This document shows positions 7,624-15,586 of a stretch of DNA of 64,000 nt, one piece after another. The notes below the pieces were generated by a model. The model made no database searches. It was given only the letters and a program-made list of their open reading frames with translations, and was not told the DNA's origin. The position numbers and the translations under genes are program-made. The first letter of the stretch is position 1, and each line of letters opens with the position of its first letter. This stretch comes from a virus (taxonomy: Duplodnaviria; Heunggongvirae; Uroviricota; Caudoviricetes): IMG/VR virus record IMGVR_UViG_3300005329_000001. The stretch is one strand, 5' to 3'.

Positions 7624-9057
7624 ATGTCTGAGTTCGCTCCTGGGATCCCGGCGAAGCACGTTTCACACGATCTTCCGCACGTCGAGGAGCGAAAGACGTG
7701 GGAATTGACTGTTCACGACCATCACGCTGAGAGACGCGGCCGCCACTTCGACCTTCGACTCGGAGATCCAGCTACCGGACACGCCCATTCGTGGGCGATG
7801 CACGCTCAGTGGCCGAAGCCGGGCGAGAAGACCTGGGCCATCCAGCAGCCGACACACACGATGAAGTACATGGACTTCGTCGGGAAGATCGAGGATGGCT
7901 ACGGCAAGGGCGACGTGAAGATGTTCGATCGAGCTAAGACAGAAATCACCAATGCTCGGCCCGGACACGTCAGCTTCAACGTCTACCGAGGCAGCGGGCC
8001 GGAAGAGTACTCCCTCCATCGGGTCGGAGACAAGCAGTGGATTCTGATGAATCGCACGCTGCGGCGGGAGCAGCATCCAGAGCTCCCAACCGACAAGCCC
8101 AAGTACAAGGAAACCAAGCTCTCTGACCCGAAGATCCACACCGACGACTACGTCTTCTCAGCCAAGATCGACGACGCTCACAACCTCTTCTACTTTCCCA
8201 AGGCGGGTGAGAAGATCCGGGTACTTTCGTACCGCGCCGCGAAGAGAAGCAACGGAGGACTGATTGAACACACGCACAAGGTCCCCGGAATCCTGGAGGG
8301 AGTACCTACGCCGGAAGGACTCGGAGGAACGATCCTTCGAGGAGGCTTGTACGCGATTTCACCAAGAAGTGGAATCGCTACGCCGGCAGCCCAACTCGCC
8401 GGCCTTCTCAACTCCGATGTCTGGAAGAGTCGTCAGAAGCAAGAAGAACACGGACAACTCAACTCCGTCCTCTACGACGTCGTCCAGTACAAAGGCCGCA
8501 AGATGGAGAGCGCTCCTTACTCGGAGAAGCTGAAAGTTCTTCGAGAGGTAGAGGCGAAATTGCCGGACTACTTCCACCTGCCTCGCATGGCCTTCACCGA
8601 GACGGCTAAGAAAAAAATGGTGGAAGACATGAAGGAAGGGAAGATGCCGGAGACGAAGGAGGGCATCGTCGCCTGGCATCTTCACCAAGGAACACCACCG
8701 TACAAGGCAAAGTTCTCGACGGACCACGATGTCTACATTCGCGGCTTCTTCCCTGGCGAGGGCAAGTACAAGGACCGTGGGGTGGGAGGCTTCTTCTACT
8801 CCTACGAGCCTGATGGGCCGATCGTTGGCCGCGTCGGAACAGGGCTCAGTGATGCTCAGCGCTCTCACATGCACTCGAGCCCAGAGGTCTACATGGGAAC
8901 AGTGGCGCGCGTGAAGGCGCAGGAGCGGTTCCCGTCTGGAGCTCTGAGAGCTCCCGCCTTCGACGCGTGGCACCTAGATAAAAACGATCCAGAGGCGCTC
9001 GCGTTGGTGAAGCACGCGTCTCTGGATCATGAGCTAGTCTTCTTGTGGGACGTCTAG
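7624..9057 (+). CDS. LigD-type 3'-phosphoesterase (PE) domain fused to an ATP-dependent polynucleotide ligase (nucleotidyltransferase plus OB fold)
   Basis: The N-terminus TVHDHHAERRGRHFDLRLGD matches the LigD-PE HxDxRLE core. Ligase motif I is AKIDDAH (a KxDG variant). Motif III is LYDVVQY, motif IV EGIVAW and motif V YKAKF. This is the only plus-strand gene in the left arm, and its 3' end overlaps the next gene by 4 nt. Confidence 0.75.
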   Translation: MSEFAPGIPAKHVSHDLPHVEERKTWELTVHDHHAERRGRHFDLRLGDPATGHAHSWAMHAQWPKPGEKTWAIQQPTHTMKYMDFVGKIEDGYGKGDVKMFDRAKTEITNARPGHVSFNVYRGSGPEEYSLHRVGDKQWILMNRTLRREQHPELPTDKPKYKETKLSDPKIHTDDYVFSAKIDDAHNLFYFPKAGEKIRVLSYRAAKRSNGGLIEHTHKVPGILEGVPTPEGLGGTILRGGLYAISPRSGIATPAAQLAGLLNSDVWKSRQKQEEHGQLNSVLYDVVQYKGRKMESAPYSEKLKVLREVEAKLPDYFHLPRMAFTETAKKKMVEDMKEGKMPETKEGIVAWHLHQGTPPYKAKFSTDHDVYIRGFFPGEGKYKDRGVGGFFYSYEPDGPIVGRVGTGLSDAQRSHMHSSPEVYMGTVARVKAQERFPSGALRAPAFDAWHLDKNDPEALALVKHASLDHELVFLWDV

Positions 9058-10421
9058 GTTCTGAACTTCTTGTCCGGCCCAGGTCCTGTCGAGATGATGC
9101 CGATCGGCGTATTTAGGTGTTGCTTCATGATGTGCAGGAAGGCGTCGGTGTCTTTCGGGGCGCGCTCATAGATCGGAACGACCCTGGACAGTGCCTTTGC
9201 TAGGTACTCCTGCCCGGCATAGGTCGGATGCTTCTCGACGTGAATGTCGAGCGCTCGATGAGCTGGGCTGCCGAATTGGAACATGACCTCGTCTTCCTCT
9301 TCGTAGACAGAGTACCCAGTGCAGAGCCACATGAAATGATCGCGTTGGTCGATGTGAGTCATGGCGATCTCATCGACGCCGCCGAGGACCTCGAGAGCGT
9401 AGCGCGTCAATAAGACGTCCGGCGTTCCAATACGGAACTCTCGCTGCCACAATCCCATCCCATTGTGCTTGTCGAAGACGAGCTCCTTGATTTTGCCGTC
9501 CTCGATGCCGAAGATCTCATCTTGCGTCGGTAGCGGGCCGGCTCCATGGCGCGTCATGTATGAACGCATGACTCCGACCTTCCAGATGTCGCCGTCATAC
9601 CCGGCTGCGTCGAGTATCTGACGAGCTCCAGTGAAGGTTGCATCCGTCCAAGCAGTGTAGGGCTGGAAGCCGTAGTCTTGGTCGAGTAGCGCTCCCTGTG
9701 CGCCTTCGAAGACTAGATTCTTTCCTCGGAACATGCACGGCAGGCTATCGGCATCGACAGTTCTGAAGAGGCCCGCAAGATCGTGGAGCTGGTCCACCAT
9801 GTGCTCCACCCGATCGGCTGGGAAGGTGAACCAGCGAAGAGCGCGATGGGCGATGTCTGGAAGGGACACGTCCAGGACTTGTGTCTTGAACTCTTCATAC
9901 TTCCTGTCCTGTACGGACTTGAATTTGCGGAGAAGCGTTGTTCTATCTGAAAGATCACCGACGGCGATCGTATCGTTGTGTGAAGAGAGCGAGTCCTGCT
10001 TGGTCTCGCCGATCCCCATTCCACAGCTCCCGTGGCGCCAGTCGCCACGAAGAATCTCGCGAAGCTGGTTCGCGGCTTTATGGAAAGGCGTGACGACGAG
10101 AGCGTTGCGATCGAATGCCACGAGGACATTCGCATTTTCGATGCCGAGCCGCTCGAGTTGCAAGAACTCGCTCAAGAAGGCAGACGGCTCGATGATAGTG
10201 TGACGAGACATGAAGGTGGGGACTCCTTCGAACGTCGCACTACCAAACTGCGAGAACGTGTGATGTCGGCCGTCCTGAGCATAGACATTGTGCGCCGCCT
10301 GAGCGCCCCCGTTGTAGCGAATGACCCAGTCGGCCTTGGTCTCCCTGGCGAGGTATTGCGTGATGGTTCCCTTACCCTCGTCGCCGAACCCCAATCCGGC
10401 AACCAGAATGGCTTTGCTCAT
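9054..10421 (-). CDS. Adenylosuccinate synthetase-family protein (PurA homologue and candidate PurZ)
   Basis: P-loop GDEGKGT (E. coli PurA has GDEGKGK). Motifs GGAQAAHN (His41 equivalent kept), GSCGMGIGETKQD, FEGAQGALLDQDYG, RHGAGPLPTQ and IISTGPGPD align collinearly with E. coli PurA. Confidence 0.8.
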   Translation of the reverse strand: MSKAILVAGLGFGDEGKGTITQYLARETKADWVIRYNGGAQAAHNVYAQDGRHHTFSQFGSATFEGVPTFMSRHTIIEPSAFLSEFLQLERLGIENANVLVAFDRNALVVTPFHKAANQLREILRGDWRHGSCGMGIGETKQDSLSSHNDTIAVGDLSDRTTLLRKFKSVQDRKYEEFKTQVLDVSLPDIAHRALRWFTFPADRVEHMVDQLHDLAGLFRTVDADSLPCMFRGKNLVFEGAQGALLDQDYGFQPYTAWTDATFTGARQILDAAGYDGDIWKVGVMRSYMTRHGAGPLPTQDEIFGIEDGKIKELVFDKHNGMGLWQREFRIGTPDVLLTRYALEVLGGVDEIAMTHIDQRDHFMWLCTGYSVYEEEDEVMFQFGSPAHRALDIHVEKHPTYAGQEYLAKALSRVVPIYERAPKDTDAFLHIMKQHLNTPIGIISTGPGPDKKFRT

Positions 10422-10430
10422 GTTCCCCTC

Positions 10431-10452
10431 GAATGGAAGACCCCGGGCCGAA
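10431..10452 (-). promoter_or_regulatory. Perfect 8-bp stem-loop with a TTCG tetraloop in the leader of the PurA-like gene
   Basis: On the minus strand CCCCGGGC-TTCG-GCCCGGGG lies immediately upstream of RBS GAGGGG and the ATG. No T-tract follows, so it is not a typical terminator. Confidence 0.3.
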
Positions 10453-10470
10453 GCCCGGGGCCTATGTGGA

Positions 10471-10617
10471 CTACCAGAACTTGCGGATGAAGTGAATGGC
10501 GGCCCAGACGAGTCCGCCGCCGATTGCGATACCGATGATCATCCCGAGAGCCCAGACGCTGAAGAACATCTTTTCCAGCATACCGCCGGGCCCCGAGCCT
10601 CTCCTTTGCAGGTTCAT
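10471..10617 (-). CDS. Small single-pass membrane protein (48 aa), translationally coupled to the vWA gene
   Basis: Product MNLQRRGSGPGGMLEKMFFSVWALGMIIGIAIGGGLVWAAIHFIRKFW. Its ATG overlaps the vWA stop (TGATG). Confidence 0.4.
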   Translation of the reverse strand: MNLQRRGSGPGGMLEKMFFSVWALGMIIGIAIGGGLVWAAIHFIRKFW

Positions 10618-11639
10618 CAGAGACGCTTGGCCCCGCTGGAGGCGGAGCTCGGGGTGAGGGTGCCGGCCGGGACCTTCGCGATCTTGCCGCCGGCGTAGGC
10701 CTTGCTGACCGAGTTGGCGACGACCATGGCCGTCGAGTCCGAGGTGCCCACGTCCTTCATGTCCGTCACAGCGGCGTCGACGTCCGTGGTGCCTTCGCAG
10801 AGGCCGATCTGAGTAGCGATCAGCTCGGGTGTGCCGCTCGAGTCGTCGATCTTGAGAATGTGCTCCTTGCCGAACAGGCGGCCCCAGTTCTCGACGACGC
10901 GGTGATCGCGGGCGTTGCTGGCGTGCGTCGGCAGGACGAAGAAGCACTCGAACTTCTGCTTCAGCTCCTCGGCGATGATCTCGGTCGGGATGTCGGCTTC
11001 GATGTCGATGTCGAGGAACTGCTTGACCACGGTCTTCTTGATCGACGGATACGGCGACTCGTCCCCGATGATGAAGAGGTAGCCCTTCTGCCCGCGCTTC
11101 TCGAAGCAGTCCATCGCGGTGTGGCGAGCGGCGAAGTACATCAGGAGATCATAGCTCTCCTGCGCCGTGCCACCGCCGCCACCTTCGATCCAGAACTTCG
11201 AGAGGTCGTCCTCCATCTCAACGCCCGACTCGAACTGCCCGAGCTGAAGCGGGGCCCTATCCGAGAAGGCGTCGCCGACGGCGGCGTACAAGATCTGCGG
11301 GTCCTCGAGGTAGCCCTTACGGGTCAGGAGCCCCATCAGGGCCGAGAGGCGGCCGTGGACGATGTGAGACTGCTCGCCCATCGAGCCGGTGACGTCCAAG
11401 CCGACGATGACGCCCTTCGAATTTGGATGCGCGTCGCTGTCGCGGCTCTCGCGCACCTTGATGCCACTCGGGTCCAGAGGATTGGACTTCATGCTCTTGG
11501 GGTCGAGCTTCGGCGCCACCGCCGCGGCCACCTTGGCAGCCTTGACGTCGGCGTCGTAGGTGAAGGCGGTGCCGTGCGAATCGAGCTTGCTGCCGACGCT
11601 GAGATTGTAGTCCTCGTCGCTCCAACGTGATCCACCCAT
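10617..11639 (-). CDS. von Willebrand factor A (vWA) domain protein with a MIDAS motif
   Basis: DxSxS MIDAS motif in VIVGLDVTGSMG. Downstream hydrophobic beta-strand pattern FIIGDESPYP. RBS AAGGAGA. Confidence 0.8.
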   Translation of the reverse strand: MGGSRWSDEDYNLSVGSKLDSHGTAFTYDADVKAAKVAAAVAPKLDPKSMKSNPLDPSGIKVRESRDSDAHPNSKGVIVGLDVTGSMGEQSHIVHGRLSALMGLLTRKGYLEDPQILYAAVGDAFSDRAPLQLGQFESGVEMEDDLSKFWIEGGGGGTAQESYDLLMYFAARHTAMDCFEKRGQKGYLFIIGDESPYPSIKKTVVKQFLDIDIEADIPTEIIAEELKQKFECFFVLPTHASNARDHRVVENWGRLFGKEHILKIDDSSGTPELIATQIGLCEGTTDVDAAVTDMKDVGTSDSTAMVVANSVSKAYAGGKIAKVPAGTLTPSSASSGAKRL

Positions 11640-11651
11640 TTGCGTTCTCCT

Positions 11652-12725
11652 TTAGGCCGGTGAGGGCATGTGAAACGGGACGTACTTCTTGGGACCGTAA
11701 TGAACCCGCATGTGGTCCTTGAGCTCTCGGTGGAGAGCCCAGGCGTCTTGCGGGCGAGATGCCGGTGACTTGATGGTGCAGCTTCTCAGGAAGTTCAGAA
11801 AGTAGTTCGGGATATGGCCGGGGTAGACGTCAGCCCCGGGACGGACATCGCCGCCGAGTACGTGGATGATACTCTTGGCAGCCATGTAGATGTCGGTGGC
11901 GGGCGAGACCGGGCGCTTGGCGAAGATTTCGGGCGGGTAGAACGCCTCATACTCCGGGCTGATGGCTTTGATCGTTCCACCCACCTGCACGGAATATGAC
12001 CACCCCACCAGCCGAGCGCCATGGTTGAGGATGTCTTTTTCTTGGGTTCCCGCGTAGACGAGAGCATGTGGAGGAATCACCGCTCCATGCACTCGATTCT
12101 GCTTGTTGTGCAGGTAACCGAGAAACTCCAGCATGCGATTGAACATCCAAACCCCGTGCTCCATCTGCAGCCTCGGATGAGCGGCGCGAACCTTCTCGAG
12201 AGAGTAGTAGCCGTTCAGCCACTGCATGAGGTTCGCCTGTCGGCGAGAGCCGTCGTCGATCTTCAAGCTCCCGATCAACTTCGGCAGGTAGAGATGGTAC
12301 TTGTGGCTTGAGACGTCTGAAGGATAGATCTCCTTCAGGACTTTCGCCTCGTTCTCGAGGAGGTCATTGTCTCGTGGTGATCGCGCGACCTTCAAAGCGA
12401 AGACTTCTCCCGTATCTTCCTTGATGGCCTCGTAGATATCAGCCACCTCTCCAGTGAATGCGTTGCCGTTGATGACGAAGCGGCCCATGCGAGTCTGGAG
12501 AGTGATGGGACCACCAACCGCGCCGCTGTCGTACTTGGCTCTCTTTTGCGGATCACCGAGGACGGCGTAGGCGGCGGCCAACTCTTTGAACTTCTCTTCG
12601 GCGAAGGTGTTCCCGGGGTTGGTGTCCGGGTGGTAGCGCTTGGCGAGAGCCCGGTACGCGCTCTTGATTTGCTCAGCCGTCGCCGTCTTCTTCATGCCAA
12701 GAACGTCATACAAGCTCACCGCCAT
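11652..12725 (-). CDS. J-domain (DnaJ N-terminal) fused to a degenerate Hanks-type protein kinase-like domain (predicted pseudokinase)
   Basis: The J domain [34 protein letters not shown] contains the HPD motif. The kinase-like region has VAIK-like FALKVAR, alpha[11 protein letters not shown], a catalytic loop HGAVIPPHA in which HRD-Asp is replaced by Gly, a degenerate DFG (VGW), APE-like SPE and subdomain [17 protein letters not shown]. Confidence 0.7.
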   Translation of the reverse strand: MAVSLYDVLGMKKTATAEQIKSAYRALAKRYHPDTNPGNTFAEEKFKELAAAYAVLGDPQKRAKYDSGAVGGPITLQTRMGRFVINGNAFTGEVADIYEAIKEDTGEVFALKVARSPRDNDLLENEAKVLKEIYPSDVSSHKYHLYLPKLIGSLKIDDGSRRQANLMQWLNGYYSLEKVRAAHPRLQMEHGVWMFNRMLEFLGYLHNKQNRVHGAVIPPHALVYAGTQEKDILNHGARLVGWSYSVQVGGTIKAISPEYEAFYPPEIFAKRPVSPATDIYMAAKSIIHVLGGDVRPGADVYPGHIPNYFLNFLRSCTIKSPASRPQDAWALHRELKDHMRVHYGPKKYVPFHMPSPA

Positions 12726-12734
12726 CTGACTCTC

Positions 12735-13127
12735 CTAGAGGGTGTTGTAGTTGAACCGCACCTCGGTGTAGTTATTCCAGATCTCTTTGCGGAAGGCGTC
12801 CGGGCACCAGTCGAGCTCGTCGATCAGGCGAAGGCCTTCTTCAGCATCGGGGATGGTCTCGAGGACCCACAAGAAGAAGCCCACCTTCGATTCATCGTTG
12901 GGCCGTGAATCTTTCGGCGTGCCACGCAGCGCCGCGGCGATCTGCTTTTGAAGCGCGCGAAGCTTCGCCCGGTTCGATTCCTCGAAGAATTCGTTCTTGG
13001 CCTCTTTCAGCTTGTCGATCACATCGCTGTTCTTGTCATTCTCCACCTCCAGTAACTGAAGAAGATCGGTGAAGAGAGAACTCACAGCGTCGTGATTGGT
13101 CTTTTTGACTTTCTTCTTCGACGACAT
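12735..13127 (-). CDS. Hypothetical protein (130 aa)
   Basis: Start at MSSKKKVKK with RBS AAGGAG. High-GC3 codon pattern. The ORF track lists a longer version from 13166. Confidence 0.5.
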   Translation of the reverse strand: MSSKKKVKKTNHDAVSSLFTDLLQLLEVENDKNSDVIDKLKEAKNEFFEESNRAKLRALQKQIAAALRGTPKDSRPNDESKVGFFLWVLETIPDAEEGLRLIDELDWCPDAFRKEIWNNYTEVRFNYNTL

Positions 13128-13150
13128 CTGAACGCTCCTTGTTGAGCAAA

Positions 13151-13194
13151 ATAAGACAGGGATCACAAAAGTGATCCGCGACTACTGTCTTATC
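13151..13194. promoter_or_regulatory. Compound nested palindrome (candidate operator or terminator) between the endolysin 3' end and the next gene start
   Basis: ATAAGACAG-GGATCAC-AAAA-GTGATCC-gcgacta-CTGTCTTAT. It has a 9-bp outer inverted repeat and a 7-bp inner inverted repeat. Confidence 0.4.
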
Positions 13195-13210
13195 TCAGAT
13201 GTTGAAGATT

Positions 13211-13939
13211 TTACGCGACGAGCGGAGCGAGTGGAGTGATTTGCTGCGTAGCCGTGACGAAGGCGAGAGTGCGCTGCGTCATGATACCGGCATCTCCGTC
13301 GACATCCAGATCCCAGGCGCGCTGGAAGACCATGACGGCTTCGCGGAAGAGCTGCGTGCTGACGTTGCCGTCGATCTCCCCGCCGTACATCTTGAGCTGC
13401 GCCAGATAGCTTTGAATCTGGACTGGCGACATCGAGAAGTCCTGGCCGTAGCGCTCGAGGATACGCATCTCGACCGCGTTGGACCACGTCGCATGGTTGT
13501 TGACGTCGACCTTCGACAGATACTTCTCTGCGTCGTCGCCAAGGTAGTTGAAGTGCCACGCCTCCGACTCGTCCGGTCCCAATCCATCGCGACGATGGCA
13601 GTACCAGCCGTGGGCCTTCATCACCTCGACGATGTCGCCATAGTGGATCTTGAATGCCTTCATGATGGCATAGAGATCGAGATCAACAGCGAGACCGTAT
13701 CCGTGCGGGCTGTAGCCAGGACGCTGTACTCCGCGCTTCACGCGACGGGCCGCAAGCGATGAGTCGGCGGACCGCCACACGTCCGTGTAGATGTAGCCGC
13801 CCGTATCCTTGTCGAGACGCAGCAGTGCTGGTCCAACGTCAGGGGCCAGAAAGCGCATGCGACGGGGAACCTGGCCTTTGTAGTCGGCGTCGTTCGGCCC
13901 CTTGATCGTGGACGGCATCTCGACGAGCTTGAGGATCAT
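13211..13939 (-). CDS. Endolysin: M15-family (VanY / L-Ala-D-Glu or DD-peptidase-like) zinc peptidase with a C-terminal peptidoglycan-binding (PG_binding_1-like) domain
   Basis: Motif SPHGYGLAVDLD (the H...D zinc ligands of M15). The C-terminus LFREAVMVFQRAWDLDVDGDAGIMTQRTL is a PG-binding repeat. The start overlaps the upstream lipoprotein stop (ATGA). Confidence 0.8.
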   Translation of the reverse strand: MILKLVEMPSTIKGPNDADYKGQVPRRMRFLAPDVGPALLRLDKDTGGYIYTDVWRSADSSLAARRVKRGVQRPGYSPHGYGLAVDLDLYAIMKAFKIHYGDIVEVMKAHGWYCHRRDGLGPDESEAWHFNYLGDDAEKYLSKVDVNNHATWSNAVEMRILERYGQDFSMSPVQIQSYLAQLKMYGGEIDGNVSTQLFREAVMVFQRAWDLDVDGDAGIMTQRTLAFVTATQQITPLAPLVA

Positions 13940-14328
13940 TGTGATGCCCTCTTCTTTTGCCTCTTCGCCTTCTTAGCCTGCGCCCCAGGACTGCCGTCCT
14001 CGCCGTCTTGCACATGAACGCAAGCGTGGTCGTCCAAGCACCCTGCGCTCCCGCTGGCGCAGTAGATGCCGTCCGACTCGTCATAGCAGGCAGCGCCTCC
14101 GTGGCAGATTGCGCAGGAGAGCCCGACCTTGGTGAACATGCCGTCGCAGACGTCGGCGTAGGTCACCGAGAGGTTTGCTGGGCAGTTGGGCAAGCCGTAG
14201 ATGTTCGGCTTCATGTCTGCCGGCGATTGAGCCATGTCCTGCTGCACCGGCTGCGGCGGTGTCGGAGGAGGAAGTGGATGACAGCCTCCGCAGCCGGCGA
14301 GCAAGACAAGAATCAGGGAGAAGCGCAT
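13936..14328 (-). CDS. Cys-rich lipoprotein (o-spanin-like) with lipobox LAGC and a Pro-rich linker
   Basis: Product MRFSLILVLLAGCGGC-HPLPPPTPPQPVQQ... about 130 aa. It sits between the C1 peptidase and the endolysin with overlapping stop and start. The ORF track lists a longer version starting at 14577. Confidence 0.6.
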   Translation of the reverse strand: MRFSLILVLLAGCGGCHPLPPPTPPQPVQQDMAQSPADMKPNIYGLPNCPANLSVTYADVCDGMFTKVGLSCAICHGGAACYDESDGIYCASGSAGCLDDHACVHVQDGEDGSPGAQAKKAKRQKKRASQ

Positions 14329-14329
14329 C

Positions 14330-15130
14330 TCAGACCTCCGCCCGGCGAATGGTCCAGCAGTCGGACACCAACGCGCCCTCGCCGCCCATCCAGAACGAAT
14401 AGGGCAGCCAGAAGAAGCCTCCCTCACCCCATCCGGTTCCCCACGAGTTCTGGCACAGCACAGCGCCTCGCTCGGCCCCGCAGACCATGTTGTCGTTGTA
14501 GCCGACTGCCAGGACGGCATGCCCGCCGTCGAACGCCTCTCCAGGCGCTGGCGGCTTGACGACGCCTGTCCGGGCACACTCGTCGCTCATCATGTTGTCC
14601 GGCACCGAGAAGCCGATGACGACGGGGAAGCCCTGGAAGAGGGAGGCCTTCAGGGTGTAGAGGTTCGGGCAGCGGAAGTAGAGAATTGCCTTGTGGTTGA
14701 GCGCCTCCGCCTTCGCTTGCGGTGGTGGGATCACCGAGAACTTCGACGTGTCGTAGGGCCACGTGAGCTCCTGCGGCACGCCATAGGTGGAGAGCGCCTT
14801 CATGACGTCGCGGATTTGCGCTCCACTGTCTTCGTAGAGCGGAGTACCCTCGAGCATCCGCGTCATCGCGTAGATGAACAGGCGAGAGTACAGCGTCGCC
14901 TGCTGCCCCTTGTGTTCCAAGAAGGCGAGCGCGGATGAACTCGAGTTTGCTGTGCAGGAGCCGATCTGGCCCTGGTCCATCACCGGAGGGCATCGATCAC
15001 TAAGGTCGACGGTATCCGGTAGAGCGAGCTCTTCGCTGACCGTCAGCCGGCGATCCCTCGGGTCTGGAGTGTCGGGCTTCCATCCCTTCATGTGCCGGAC
15101 GACGCCGGCGACGGTAGCGAAACGGCTCAC
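14330..15130 (-). CDS. Papain-like cysteine peptidase (C1 family) inside the lysis cassette
   Basis: Catalytic Cys context QGQIGSCTANS, catalytic His GGHAVLAVGY and NSWGTGWGEGGFF (the Asn/Trp oxyanion region). Confidence 0.8.
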   Translation of the reverse strand: MSRFATVAGVVRHMKGWKPDTPDPRDRRLTVSEELALPDTVDLSDRCPPVMDQGQIGSCTANSSSSALAFLEHKGQQATLYSRLFIYAMTRMLEGTPLYEDSGAQIRDVMKALSTYGVPQELTWPYDTSKFSVIPPPQAKAEALNHKAILYFRCPNLYTLKASLFQGFPVVIGFSVPDNMMSDECARTGVVKPPAPGEAFDGGHAVLAVGYNDNMVCGAERGAVLCQNSWGTGWGEGGFFWLPYSFWMGGEGALVSDCWTIRRAEV

Positions 15131-15573
15131 AGCATCACTTCCTTACCGTCCTTGGTCTTGATCTTGAACTTCACCGTCAGGCTGCCGAAGTGCTTCTGCT
15201 TGTAGCTGTCGAGCACGTCGTTCATCGCCTTGCGGCTGGCCATCAGCTCTGGAGTTGCGGTCGGACTGCCGAAGAGCAGGTTCTTCAGCTCTGCGAGGAA
15301 GCAGCCTCCGTCCTTGATACCCATGCCTTCCGCCTGGGCTTCGATGCTGTCCCAGGGAATGTTGTTCGGGTTGGTGCCACCGCTGATCAGGCCCAGCACG
15401 ATCTGAGCGAAGAAGGGCAGCGCATCCTTGATGGTGCTGGTCGTGCAATCGACGATGTCGTGCGCGATGATGCAGCCTGGGTCGTTGGCCTTTGCTTGGT
15501 CCGTCCAGCAGGCGCAACCGGGAAGGCTGATCGAGGCAAGTGCGATTCCGAGCAGTAGAGCCATGGTCTTCAT
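15127..15573 (-). CDS. Secreted protein or lipoprotein (148 aa) of the lysis cassette
   Basis: Signal peptide MKTMALLLGIALASISLPGCAC (a lipobox-like LPGC). RBS AGGAGA. The ORF track lists a longer, Arg-rich upstream extension that I reject. Confidence 0.55.
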   Translation of the reverse strand: MKTMALLLGIALASISLPGCACWTDQAKANDPGCIIAHDIVDCTTSTIKDALPFFAQIVLGLISGGTNPNNIPWDSIEAQAEGMGIKDGGCFLAELKNLLFGSPTATPELMASRKAMNDVLDSYKQKHFGSLTVKFKIKTKDGKEVML

Positions 15574-15586
15574 TGTCTGTCTCCTA

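Noticed and set aside
13957-14559. 200-aa plus-strand ORF antisense to the Cys-rich lipoprotein and C1 peptidase region
   Set aside because: Antisense artefact. The minus-strand genes have RBSs, a lipobox and catalytic motifs.
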